A stretch of 64,000 nucleotides of DNA from Cyanidioschyzon merolae (lineage: Eukaryota), in assembly GCA_000091205.1 (NCBI GenBank), contig AP006483.2, one strand, 5' to 3'. Position 1 is the stretch's first letter, and each line of letters starts with the position of its first letter. Made by a program: the position numbers and the translations under genes. The notes under the pieces are model-generated. The model saw only the letters and a program-made list of their open reading frames with translations, ran no database searches and was not told the origin of the DNA. Below, piece after piece: positions 51,981 to 62,534 of this stretch.

Positions 51981-53344
51981 TTCAGCTCAAAATTGTTTCA
52001 CAAGCGCTGCATGCGCTCGAATACCATTTGTCAGTGTGGAGCAGGTGATCCAAACCACTCGGTAATCTACCGCATACATCATAGACGAATTGCCTTTGGG
52101 ACATATATACTCTTTACTGCGCAGAGCAAGGAGGAATACATTCCTTCTTCAGGCCAATCACACAGCAGTACTCAGATAGTTGAGGAACACTGAAAGAAAC
52201 AAGTATATGCGCTCTGTGCCAAAAGTCGATATTCGTGAAGCGTGCTTGGGGCCAATGGTGGCAAACGACCCATTGATCGTCTTATTGGAAGGAAAAGGGA
52301 CAACAGTAGCCGACATTGGCGTCTCTGCTTCTCAACAGCTTGTTCTTGTGGTCCTGGGAACACCCGGATACAATTACAAAGAAATGACAGATTTCATTCA
52401 CGGCCATCTTGCACCGAAATTGCAACTAGAGCGTACCTGGAACGTCGCGATCGCTATTAAGCACAGGACAGTCGGTTTGCGTTTCCAGTCGATGAGACGT
52501 CATTCGCTCGAAAAAGTCGGAGCTCATATGGGTATTCGGATAGAAAGAGCCCGTCATATGTGCGACCGAACTCGTTGAGAAATGGGACATCATCTGTTTC
52601 GGCTGGAACGGATTCATGTGGCGGCCTCATTTTCGCCCTAAGAGACGGCTTCCACAACAGCACCAAATACATCGAATAACTGATGACTCTTGCCTGACGT
52701 CTGGTGATGTCGTTCTGTTGCACAATGCGGCATTTCTCTCTTCCCCTAGCGTTCAAGCTTTTGTCGATTCTATCGAGGGGTAGAGCTGCTGTTCATTCCT
52801 GCGTACTCTACGTGGTTGAAACTCATCGGAAGGGTCTTCTCTATCGTGCAAACGTAGTGATCGCTCCACGAGGCAAATCGCTAAGGCCTTCAGCACACGG
52901 TGACACCGGGGCACATTTCGTCTTTCTTCCGCAAACCCTTCTCCGTCAATTACCGTCCGCATCTGGCGGCATAGTTAAGTGCGCTGTTTCTAAAACATTA
53001 AAGGACGGGCTGGGATATCCACTTCATAAGGTCAAGATGGAGCGAAGCGAGCGGGGCGCTTCGGCGACAGAAAAGCACCCAGAGCTGACAGAGCACCAAA
53101 TTGCACAGAGGGCTCGAGAGGTCGAGGAATCCCTGATGTGATGCGTTCAATCAGAGGCAATAAACACGTGGAATTCGTGGATTGAAACTTGGACGCCGCC
53201 ATAAATACCAGATGATATGTTGTGCTGAAGAAGAGACCCGTGGGGAGAACGTGAGCGAACTTCATGGGGCAGCCTCTCGGACTCGAATTGTACACGGAGA
53301 AACTGAAGCCGATTGCAGGCTGCAGGTCAAAAAGACTGGGAGGC
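51981..53344. repeat. Repeat family R2, copy B. It fills the intergenic space between divergent bL32 (-) and HMG-CoA lyase (+) and ends 67 bp before the HMGL ATG.
   Basis: See copy A. Confidence 0.9.
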
Positions 53345-53410
53345 GTCTGCGCGAGGAGATTAATATACTCTCTGGCTGCGAAACGTTCACGGACCTCTGA
53401 CCGTTCGTCT

Positions 53411-54472
53411 ATGTACAAGCTAACTTGGTGTCTGCGCCACTCGCGTCCAGTTTTTGGACGGAACTCTGTGTCGAATAATCCCGGCTCCCGGCACCAACTC
53501 TCTAACTTTTCTCTCACTGCGAAAAAGCCAGTCCAAATCGTCGAGGTCGGTCCACGCGATGGCTTGCAGACGGAGCGGCCTCTTCCGGTTGAGGACAGGA
53601 CGGAGCTTATACGCCGCCTTGTACTCGACGCTGGATTGCACAAGGTTGAAGTTGGCAGTTTCGTCTCTGAAAAGCGAGTACCGCAAATGGCTCAAACGGA
53701 GCAGGTCATTGCTCGACTACAGGCTACTCTTTCCACCTCCGTGCAGAAGCACGTAACTTTTCCTGTTTTGGTGCCAAACGAGAAGCATCTCGAGCGAGCT
53801 TTGAACGCTGGCTGTCAGGATTTTGCAGTCTTTGTTTCATCCACGGAAGGGTTCAGCCAACGGAACCTAGGCTGCTCTGTAAGCGAGAGCCTCGAGAAGG
53901 TGGACACTATCTTTCGCCGGCTGGAACAGGAACCTAACCGCGACGCCTTTTCAGTTCGAGGGTATGTTTCATGCATTTTCATGTGCCCCTTCGATGGTGA
54001 CGTATCCCCGGCTCATGTACGGCAAGTTGCGAGCGCACTGCTGGAGATGGGTTGCTACGAAGTGTCTCTCGGGGATACGCTCGGCATGGGAACTCCGGCT
54101 CATGTGCGGCGTCTTCTGGATGAACTTTTTGGTCACGAGACTAGAACGGCTGGCAAGTACGCCGTCCATTTCCATGATACATATGGCATGGCCGTTGCTA
54201 ACATTTTATGTGCCATTGAAGAATACGATATTTGTGTAGTGGATAGCTCTGTTGGGGGTCTCGGCGGTTGTCCGTTTGCACCTGGCTCCACGGGAAATGT
54301 TGCCACAGAGGACGTCCTCTACCTATTGCAAGGCCTAGAACGAGCCGAAAGGGGGGTTGATCTAATGAAACTCACTAACATAGGGGCCTGGATTAATGCG
54401 AAATTCGGGCGTGAAACACGATCAAAAGCTGCTCTAGCCCTTTTGCGGAAGCAGCGCAGCGACGAAGGATAG
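53411..54472 (+). CDS. HMGCL: Hydroxymethylglutaryl-CoA lyase (HMGL-like aldolase family).
   Basis: The sequence contains VQIVEVGPRDGLQ (the HMGL signature), the region GCQDFAVFVSSTEGFSQRNLGCS, and HFHDTYGMAVANILCAIE...VDSSVGGLGGCPFAPG (metal-binding His pair and catalytic Cys). The track start at 53264 lies inside the repeat and is part of an ORF read-through. The first ATG after the repeat is at 53411 (MYKLTWCLRHSRP..., a possible presequence). Confidence 0.9.
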   Translation: MYKLTWCLRHSRPVFGRNSVSNNPGSRHQLSNFSLTAKKPVQIVEVGPRDGLQTERPLPVEDRTELIRRLVLDAGLHKVEVGSFVSEKRVPQMAQTEQVIARLQATLSTSVQKHVTFPVLVPNEKHLERALNAGCQDFAVFVSSTEGFSQRNLGCSVSESLEKVDTIFRRLEQEPNRDAFSVRGYVSCIFMCPFDGDVSPAHVRQVASALLEMGCYEVSLGDTLGMGTPAHVRRLLDELFGHETRTAGKYAVHFHDTYGMAVANILCAIEEYDICVVDSSVGGLGGCPFAPGSTGNVATEDVLYLLQGLERAERGVDLMKLTNIGAWINAKFGRETRSKAALALLRKQRSDEG

Positions 54473-55089
54473 GTTGCTTCTCTTGCGAATAGCTTCAATA
54501 ATCTCTCTAGAAATTTGCGGTGCGCCAGACAGGCGCAAATAGGGCCTGCCTGATAGCAAGAGCGGTCGAAGTACTAGGACCAAGTTCTTTTACGCATACT
54601 CGCCGCTCAAACGGAAGGCGTCAGGAACCCTCTTCTGCCGAGGCGTCATGGCATCGCTGCCTTTCGAAGCAGTTGATTAGCGCGCAAGCGTTTCTGTATA
54701 GTGGAACGTTTGGGTTTTGAACATACTCTGAAGTATGCCGCATATGCCCGTATAAAGTGAACCATATCCATTTCAGACTAAAATGAAATAGATCCACTAC
54801 GCTAGGTCTGACGTCAAAAGTACTGTTTTGGTTTCGTCTAGATAGCACCAGCACCAGACCTTGCCGGCATTTTCGGCGATTGCTTCCTTTTCCTCTCTCT
54901 CATCCCCAGTGTTGTACACGCAGCTCTCTCCTGGAACTCTGGCTCCATTGCCAGCAGTCGAATGATATTGATGGCTGCAGTAAATTCCAGATTACGCCGT
55001 TTCTAGCTGCTGTCAACTCAACTCCTTCACATGCGGAAGTTGTTACCTGCACTTCGCTCGGCGTTTCTATCTTGTTAGTATAAAGGCTC

Positions 55090-55500
55090 GGTGTGCCCTG
55101 TACAACGGCGACATGAGAGAGTGGTAAAGTGTTCAAATATGCCCTCCAGACCTCCTCTCCTAACAGTTGCACAGTGGCGCGTTACGCGTGCTTCGCCGCT
55201 TCCTAAATGTCCTTGACGGTCCGAAAGGCTGCCTCAACAACATCCCCGTTTTCCGCACCAGGGCCGAATCATAAGATCATGGGCTTATTCTGAGCGATCC
55301 CAACGGCGAATACTCTGTCCGCTGCACAAGCAAGCGCACGCTATTCAATTCAACAGAGGTTTTTTTAGAACGCGATACAATCTATTACGGAGCATTTTTA
55401 GAAAGGAATGTTAAGGCTGGAGAGCAAGTCGAGAAATATCGATCCGTCAACGCTTCGCTCTTCTAAAGTGGTGACGCACTCTACACTTGAAGTGATCTCT
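55090..55500. repeat. Diverged copy (~75-80% identical) of the internal part of repeat family R1, corresponding to ~31770-32150.
   Basis: Shared colinear blocks: ACGCGTGCTTC; ATG[T/C]CCTTGACGG; CCG[T]TTT[CC/GC]; CTTATTCTGAGCGATCCCAACGGCGAATACTCTGTCCGCTGCACAAGCAAGCGCACGCTATTC versus GCGATAGCCTCGGCGAGTGCATTGTCTGTTGCACACGCAAGCGCAAGCTGTTCC; and the downstream GTGGTGACGCAC. Confidence 0.6.
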
Positions 55501-56461
55501 GGGATGAATCAGGCCCGAGTCCAGAACCAATTTCCATGCATAATTAAGAGAGTGAAGCCTCTGGTAGCATAACCCTCGAGAGTTATCATAGTGCTGTGGA
55601 ATTCGAGTTCGACGATGGCAACAGAGAGACGTGATATCGGCTTTCAAACATGATCGCTAATTCGACGAGAGAAGCTTACTGAATTATTTGTAGTCAGCAT
55701 ATGAATAATTATTCAGTCGCCAACGTCAAATTTATTTTGTATTTAATGCAGAGGCGTGAGTAGTTTGACCCACACGCTGCCTTTTATCAGTGAGATCGAA
55801 AATTGAATAGTGCGCGATGCGCACATGTTACTAGGAAAGAAAGAAACGGTTTGATGCTTGCGCTTATGATTTGGATAAGGAAGAACATTGCTGCTGGAAT
55901 CGCTCTTCAGCGACGTCATCCATTGTCCTGATTCCAGTGCCGTTTTGAATTCGAACGGCGAAGCGTTTAAGGAGTCACTCCGCAACGGCGATTACGAATA
56001 CTGAAATTACGAATGCCCCCGTAGTCCCCAATTGATGCATACGAAATGTTGACTTTGCTCATCCGAAAAATCGGATACAAATCTCAAAGCAGGGACAGAG
56101 CGAGCAGCTCAGCCTTCCATTCTGATATGATACAGGACTAGGGACCGAGTCACGCCGTTCTGCGAGCGGCAACATAGGCAGCGATCTCTTGAGAATCGCA
56201 CACCCCAAAAAGTTCGATACTTCACGAATATGGCTTGTTCGGGTTCAGGGTCACCCATTTCGTGTCGACGAAGATACGCCTTCGATAACGTCTCACAGGT
56301 TGGAGCCACTGGGAAAATTGCACAGTGCTTGCTCCAGTCTGCGTCCAGTTTCCTGATCCGTCCCGAAAAATCTGGCAGTAGGTGCGTGCGCGAAGATGTC
56401 GCTGCCTCATTGATACATCGGACAGGGTTGGACTCCTGGAGGCCAGGCAACGGCAGTAACG

Positions 56462-57211
56462 ATGGGGTCTGTTTTAGGCAAAATAGCGGTAGAAACACCG
56501 CAATTTGAGCTTCTGAAACGCACTGATAGCTACGAGATACGAAAGTACGGTCCTTTGGTGGCTGCGGAGGTTCGTGCCTCAGAAGTTTTCGCGGGTCAAG
56601 AGCACAAAGGCAACAAGCTTGACAGTACCGGGTTCCGGCTACTAGCAAGCTATATTGGTGCGATCGGAAAACCTGCAAATGTTGCTGTGAGCGGCGAGCG
56701 GGCTGAATCCATCGCTATGACTTCACCAGTGGTTAACCAACCAGAGAAAATTGCCATGACGGCGCCTGTTGTGAGCCGCGCTGAAAAGGTTGCAATGACA
56801 GCTCCGGTAGTCACGTCAGACACAACAGAAAGCGGTTCTCGCAGTTCAGCAGGAGGGTTGCGCGGTCAGTCTGGCGCAATGAAGACCGAAGAAGGTGGCG
56901 TCATGGCTTTTTATCTGCCAAGCAAATACAGCTCCGTTGAAAGCGCTCCGAAGCCACTTGACGAGCGTGTCCATCTGGTCCAGATTCCACCGCGAAAGGT
57001 TGCCGTGGCTATTTTTAGCGGAAACACAGACATGCGCCGGTCAAGGACACAGGCAGAGGAACTTTTTGCTGCTCTGAAGGTGGACCAGATTCGGATGAAA
57101 GGAGATCCGGCATCCTTGGATGATGCAGTATGGTGGCTAGCACGGTACAATCCGCCCTGGTCACTTCCCTGGACAAAACGTAATGAAGTTCATATCGAAC
57201 TCGAATCATGA
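56462..57211 (+). CDS. SOUL haem-binding protein family member (HBP/SOUL domain).
   Basis: The ATG at 56462 was verified. The SOUL N-terminus is present: ETPQFELLKRTDSYEIRKYGPLVAAEV. The length is 249 aa. The N-terminus MGSVLGK fits an N-myristoylation consensus. Confidence 0.8.
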   Translation: MGSVLGKIAVETPQFELLKRTDSYEIRKYGPLVAAEVRASEVFAGQEHKGNKLDSTGFRLLASYIGAIGKPANVAVSGERAESIAMTSPVVNQPEKIAMTAPVVSRAEKVAMTAPVVTSDTTESGSRSSAGGLRGQSGAMKTEEGGVMAFYLPSKYSSVESAPKPLDERVHLVQIPPRKVAVAIFSGNTDMRRSRTQAEELFAALKVDQIRMKGDPASLDDAVWWLARYNPPWSLPWTKRNEVHIELES

Positions 57212-57258
57212 GCTCAAAGCACTCGGAGCAGTGAACCAGTTTGTGCCTTACGCGGTGT

Positions 57259-57777
57259 TTATGCACTAGTTAGGGCTATGGCTAAGAAGATCGCGACTGC
57301 GGCAGACACGCTGCCAAGGATAGCGGCTGGCATGACTTTCCTCGTTTTGGCATATCTGATCCCGAACACGACAGTCAACACAAGGGAAACGCCAAGCGCA
57401 AGGGCTATTGATGATTGTGAGTATGCCACCCCAAGGAGTACCGCGGCACCTAAGCCGCTAATAATACTAGCCTTTGACTTGGTGCGCGCATAAGCACCCA
57501 CCCCACCTACTGCCATAACGGCCGCATAGACAAGGGTAACAATTTTTACAGTCTCCGTCATCGTGGCGCGCAGCCGGCCGAGCCGGCTTCGTTTGGAGTT
57601 GTAAACTTCAGAGGGCGAAGCATGCAGCACTCTCCCAGCTCGAGACGGAACCAAAGCACGCCCAGGGAGAGCACTGCGCGGGACACCCACGCGAGGAAGC
57701 GTTGAAACCGAACAGTAAAGTTTGCTGCGCTCCTTATGAAAAACCTTCGCCTTATCTGGAACAACTACTGTAAACAT
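57259..57777 (-). CDS. TMEM14-family small membrane protein (FAX-like) with an N-terminal presequence.
   Basis: The C-terminal ~100 aa form four Gly/Ala-rich TM helices typical of TMEM14: TLVYAAVMAVGGVGAYARTKSKASIISGLGAAVLLGVAY...LTVVFGIRYAKTRKVMPAAILGSVSAAV. The track start at 57837 is TTG; the first ATG is at 57777 (MFTVVV...), followed by a presequence of ~70 aa. Confidence 0.7.
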   Translation of the reverse strand: MFTVVVPDKAKVFHKERSKLYCSVSTLPRVGVPRSALPGRALVPSRAGRVLHASPSEVYNSKRSRLGRLRATMTETVKIVTLVYAAVMAVGGVGAYARTKSKASIISGLGAAVLLGVAYSQSSIALALGVSLVLTVVFGIRYAKTRKVMPAAILGSVSAAVAIFLAIALTSA

Positions 57778-58439
57778 AACTAGTCTCACAAACTGGAACT
57801 GGCGGTGGCGAACGCTACTCGAAAAGCTCGACAACAACAGCGAATTTGTTTGAGCTGGCTGTGCGCAAAGCGTGCACCTCCTGAACGCTTTGCAATCGCG
57901 CGCTGGAAGTCAGGATTGAACTAGATTCTCACGCCACTGGCTTTACAGCAACATGAGAATAAACTGGTACGAGTCCATTCAGCTAGCTTGCGCGTGCACA
58001 TTAGAGTTTGGGTCTCTTTCCATTGCCGCTATGACCCGCCTTTGCTGGCTTTCTCTGCGAATGCTGCCTTTTCCTCGCATATTTCAGGCACTAAGTACGC
58101 GGGTGTCTCCTTTCTCGCAAGCTCCGTTGCCAGCTACCGGAAGAGGATAACGGCAACGTTCAGGCTCTGGTGGCGAAATTTTGGGTTGAAGCCGACGCAT
58201 CTCATGCACAGAGGGAGGTCACGATCTACGCTTCGCTTGATATTCTCATCTTCTTTGTTCAAAGCCGCGGTACGCACGTCGCAGTCGTGGGGTTTGGTCG
58301 TGGTCATACTGTCTTTTTTTGTCCAAAATACCGCCTCTTCTGAAGTCTGCCTGTGGCGCAGGAAGACCGCTTCATCGCTTTGTAGATGTCATTTACTAAT
58401 ACTATAGGCACCGCTCGATGCGCCACTCTGTTTCCAGCA

Positions 58440-58545
58440 CGGTGACGTACATTTTGGTCACGAGCTTCTTATTAGCGATCCCCAATGCTATTATTCTGTC
58501 TGGTGCTCGTTCAAGGGCACGCTGTTCCTTTCCATAGAGGATTTA
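58440..58545. repeat. Short diverged fragment of repeat family R1. It shares the same core as 55260-55365 and 31925-31995.
   Basis: CTGTTTCCAGCAC...CTTATTAGCGATCCCCAATGCTATTATTCTGTCTGGTGCTCGTTCAAGGGCACGCTGTTCC aligns with the 55260-55365 segment, including the ...AGAGG end. Confidence 0.5.
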
Positions 58546-61500
58546 TTGAATGGGATATTGTACATGATGAAAAGAAGACCGAAAGGAAAATCCAAGCTGG
58601 AGAAAATCGAAAAATTCCTTTCGGTGAGGGCTCCATTCGTACAAAAAGATTTCTAAATCTCTACCGGAAGCGATATCTACGACGCCTGAACTGCGAGTCG
58701 AAGAACACATTCATTCAATATAGAAGAGGCAGGAGCCTCTAAGAGCATATTCCGTAAGAGGTACTATGTCAGTGCCGATTCCCGTTTCTTCGATGACTCC
58801 AGAACGAGGGTAATTGGGGTCTGTAACGGAATCGATTATTTTGCATGACGAGTATAATGCAATTTCGGCATGAGCTTGTGAAACAGTCGTCAAGGGACGA
58901 CTCTGGATTCTTTTCCTGTTTCATTTAGCGACGCGAATGGATCCGCCCATGGGTTGCCTTGGACAGAAAGATCAGAACTTCAGAAGTGTGTGATTTGAGC
59001 ATGCCACAAGCAAGGAACGACGGTGAGTGGAGGCTTCTACCTGTGAATTGAATAATGATATCGAATATTTTACGGAAATTTGTTCGAAAGCGTCGCGAAT
59101 AATCGCAATGCTCACGATGTAACAAATTCTGACGGCAAAAAGTCGAATGAGTCACTCCGGAAATGCGGCCAAGAATCTTAAAACTGTGTATGAATCCACA
59201 CGCCCTGGTCGCTGGAGTTCGAATGTCGAGGCTTTCTATGAAAACATAAAGTTTGGCAAAAATCGAAATGTGGGAACACCGCGAAGATTTCGGAGCCCCT
59301 TTTCGTTCTGGCGCTGGTGAAGCAAAACATGCGGACTTGGACATCACACCATGAAACCCTAGACACCCAATAACAAATGATTCCCCGTAGATAAAAAGGG
59401 TTGGGCTTTCCCTTCTGTAGGTTGAAGAAACTGTTTTTCCAAAAATTAAACTTGTTCGATAAAAGTAGGATGCCGCATGTGCCTCGAAAAAAGATAACAG
59501 CTGCTAGGCCCGCTTTCCCTGATTTCTTTCCCAATTCGTCTCCATTCTCCTTGCTTTGGAGGTACGGAGCTATGTTCTTTGATGATATTTAATCGAAAAA
59601 AGGCTCCATTGAAGATCTGAAAAGATGAGCCAGGTGCGATTTATGTATTTCCGCACTTGTGTATAAGGTCTTATATTTCTCTAATGGATGTAGAAGGGCG
59701 TTTTCCTCACCATTCGACCGTGAAATCCTTGTCCCATGCCCCAAGCGATTTGAATAACACTGCGGGATTTGTCTCGGAAGGTTCGGCATTCATTTCTCAC
59801 GCAAAAAGCCAGGATTCAGCCTTCAGGGTCAGGGAATGCGGAGATTTTCCCCCGGATACGGAGAATGTGGGGTGAATAGAATACAGATCATTGCTCGGTA
59901 CTCTCGAATAATGGAGCACCGCGAAGTTTCACCGATTACCCAGCAAAATCTTGCTCGACGTTCATATATCGGGCACCAGCCTTTCTGGATTTCTGACTGG
60001 ATGATCCGCGTGCCCTACTCCAGGCATGCATCCACTGCCATCTCCCCGAGCCACTGATGTTTTGCATCGCTAGGCTCCAGCGTTTCAGCATCGCACCCCA
60101 AATTCGTACCGAAAGATGGCTTCGACATTTCGATAGACACATAGCCGTTTGGCGCTACGGAAGCCCGAGCCGCTTCCCGCGGTTGGTCGATGCGTTCATG
60201 CCTCGGTTTACGAAAGTGCTCGAGCACGTTGCGGGGCAAGCTCACGCCCACCAGAGAAAACCTCTCGCCTTCGATTGCAACGCAGTCGGACACTCCGTCA
60301 GCACATCGAACACCACCTCATGCATCCGTCTATGCTTCACGACAATGTTCTCTATCTGTGTCAGCGAACACCGGTACTCAAGACGCGCGTGTGCGTCGCT
60401 CTCAACATATCGACGTGAATCTTGCAGAATCGATCCCGGGTGTCGTGGTACGCTCTCATGGAAAGCGCAGGCGTGCTGCAAATGCGCGCCGCAGCCCCTT
60501 CAGTACCATACACTGCCACCATCATGCGACGCGACTCGAAGGTCATTACCATTCCAACCGGTTGAGCAAGCTGGCGCAAGCGCGCTTCTTGCCTCCCTAC
60601 AGCCGAGGGCTTCGGCGATCCCAGCACGGTCTCATGTACTCCTGCCAGAGGTAGTGCGCATATGACCTTTGCTCGCTCACGTACGCTCTGGAGCGGGGCA
60701 CAGGGCAGCTCATGGCGGGTGCGGGCAGCGATCTATCAGTCGGAGACCTCCGGTTCGACGGCTGGGAACCACTCGTCTTGAGACCCGCGAGCGTAAAATG
60801 GCGTTTGACAAGAGAGCACACGCTTTGTAGTGGATTGAACCAGAGGACAGCCTGGCACGCAGAGCAGCTCGACACCTGTCTCAACTGCGTACGGCTTGAC
60901 CGCGTGTGATTGATGGCGACCGACGTTATCGAAGCGCTGAATAGAAGGATATGCGAAGGAGAAGCCAGTGAGCGTGCGTCGACGGAGGACGCGGTGTTGA
61001 GCGGTGCTGTACTTTTGGGAACGTGTAGGCGACCGCTGGATAACATCGTCGCTCGAGAAGGTGTTGTCGGAATGCTCGCGTGGCTCTTCTTTACGAACAG
61101 CTGTGTGCGCCTCCCTGAGTAGCCCTAGTCAGGTCTGCTAGTTCTCTAGAATAAGGTCGCATCGAGCGAGACGAAGACGCATCCCTGCAGAAGTAAGCTT
61201 TCGCGCCTCACTGCGACGTCGATAGAGCAGCGTTCAGCGCGGGACACTGGAGTCTAAGAGCGTGCTTTGCGCTTTGTCTACCCGCATCTCCTGCTCTCCG
61301 CTCGTGTGACGGGGTAGGGGATCTGCGCGCACTGGTGCCTCTCTGAGTGTACGATTCAGGAAACGTATGGAGTGGCTTTGATTCCCGTGGAGAGAATCTG
61401 CTAGGCAGAGAATGCTATGTTCTCTTTTGGATGTGCGCTGCTCAGGATGAAGGCATCGACACAGGTGGTTCATCGACCAGGTTAACGCGGATGTACTGAC

Positions 61501-61825
61501 TCGTAGATTTCAAGGGGTTATTGTCTGGCTCGCTTCAGCGTAGGGAAAAGCGCCTTCTCGACCTTCCCGCAGTCTACAGGAAACCTTCATATTGCAGATT
61601 ACCTACGATAAACAACGGACAAAAGTAGAAAGTTAGAGTAGGTAGAGGCTTTCCAACACTTTCTCCATCGAGGTAACTGCGCGCTTAAATTTTTGACAAG
61701 ACATTACCACTGACCACGGATCCCATACAGCGGGATGGATGTTGGCTTTCAAGAAAGTGTCCATAATGGTGTTCCGCATCTTCAAGTATCATGACCCAGA
61801 ATTCGTCTAGGATGCACAGATTGTT

Positions 61826-61950
61826 TTGAACATTCGATTGTGTACAGAGCCTGTCGTAATCGCCCGCCGCAGCGGATGCAGCATGGAGACAGTACGGCTC
61901 TGCTATACCACTGAGGGCGTCCGCTCGACGCACGGTTCGCTAGTCACAGG
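61826..61950. repeat. Repeat family R3, copy 2. It lies about 600 bp downstream of the MTR4-like 3' end.
   Basis: See 25868-26010. Confidence 0.5.
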
Positions 61951-62534
61951 ATCGGGATTTATCATTATTGTGAGAGCCTGGAATCTGTGCATACGCACTT
62001 TCTGCATGCAGCAGCACGAGGCGATATGCTAAGAGACCACCGCGATCAGGGCGACGCCCGGACACTGCTTTAGCACCCCTAGTCCCGGAATAAAGTGCGT
62101 TGCGGAGTTGCTGTTCAGGTCTCGCAACTGCAGCCAACACTGCAGAGGTGCACCGAGCACGAACCTGGCAGACTCGTCCTTCTCGCGGGACCTTCCGCCG
62201 AGAAGGAACAGTTTTGAAAATGCGGAAGTCTCTACCACCTTTTACAGCCTACCATAGAATACGAAAGCAGTTGTTATCTAGTTGCTAGATAGTGGCTAGT
62301 TTCTGTTCTTTTAGCGCAGTTGCAACTTGTAAGTGGATAGTTTCTTTCAGCGAGCTTTGATGAGCGGCGCATACCTTCTGGAATCATCCGCTCAGTGACG
62401 GAAGTAGCATGGAATTTTGGATAGTTTCTTTTCGAAAGAGTTGCTGCCAACAGTGTTCTATTGCAGACCGCACTACTGCAGCCGATTCCGGTTGATGCCG
62501 TGCTCATCAACGTGAAGCAGCGTTTGTAGCTCCT

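Noticed and set aside
31434-53344. Interpreting the direct-repeat pairs as LTRs of LTR retrotransposons.
   Set aside because: The internal regions encode ordinary cellular genes (Y-family polymerase, rhomboid, SMC6, TatB, bL32) and no gag/pol/integrase. The repeats lack TG..CA termini, a PBS/PPT and target-site duplications. Each repeat family also has old solo copies elsewhere.
60015-61046. Minus-strand ORF series 60015..60293, 60361..60627 and 60597..61046 downstream of the MTR4-like gene, as a possible degraded gene.
   Set aside because: The translations have no recognisable domain. The frames overlap inconsistently. The region is flanked by the R3 repeat and AT-richer sequence. It was treated as intergenic.
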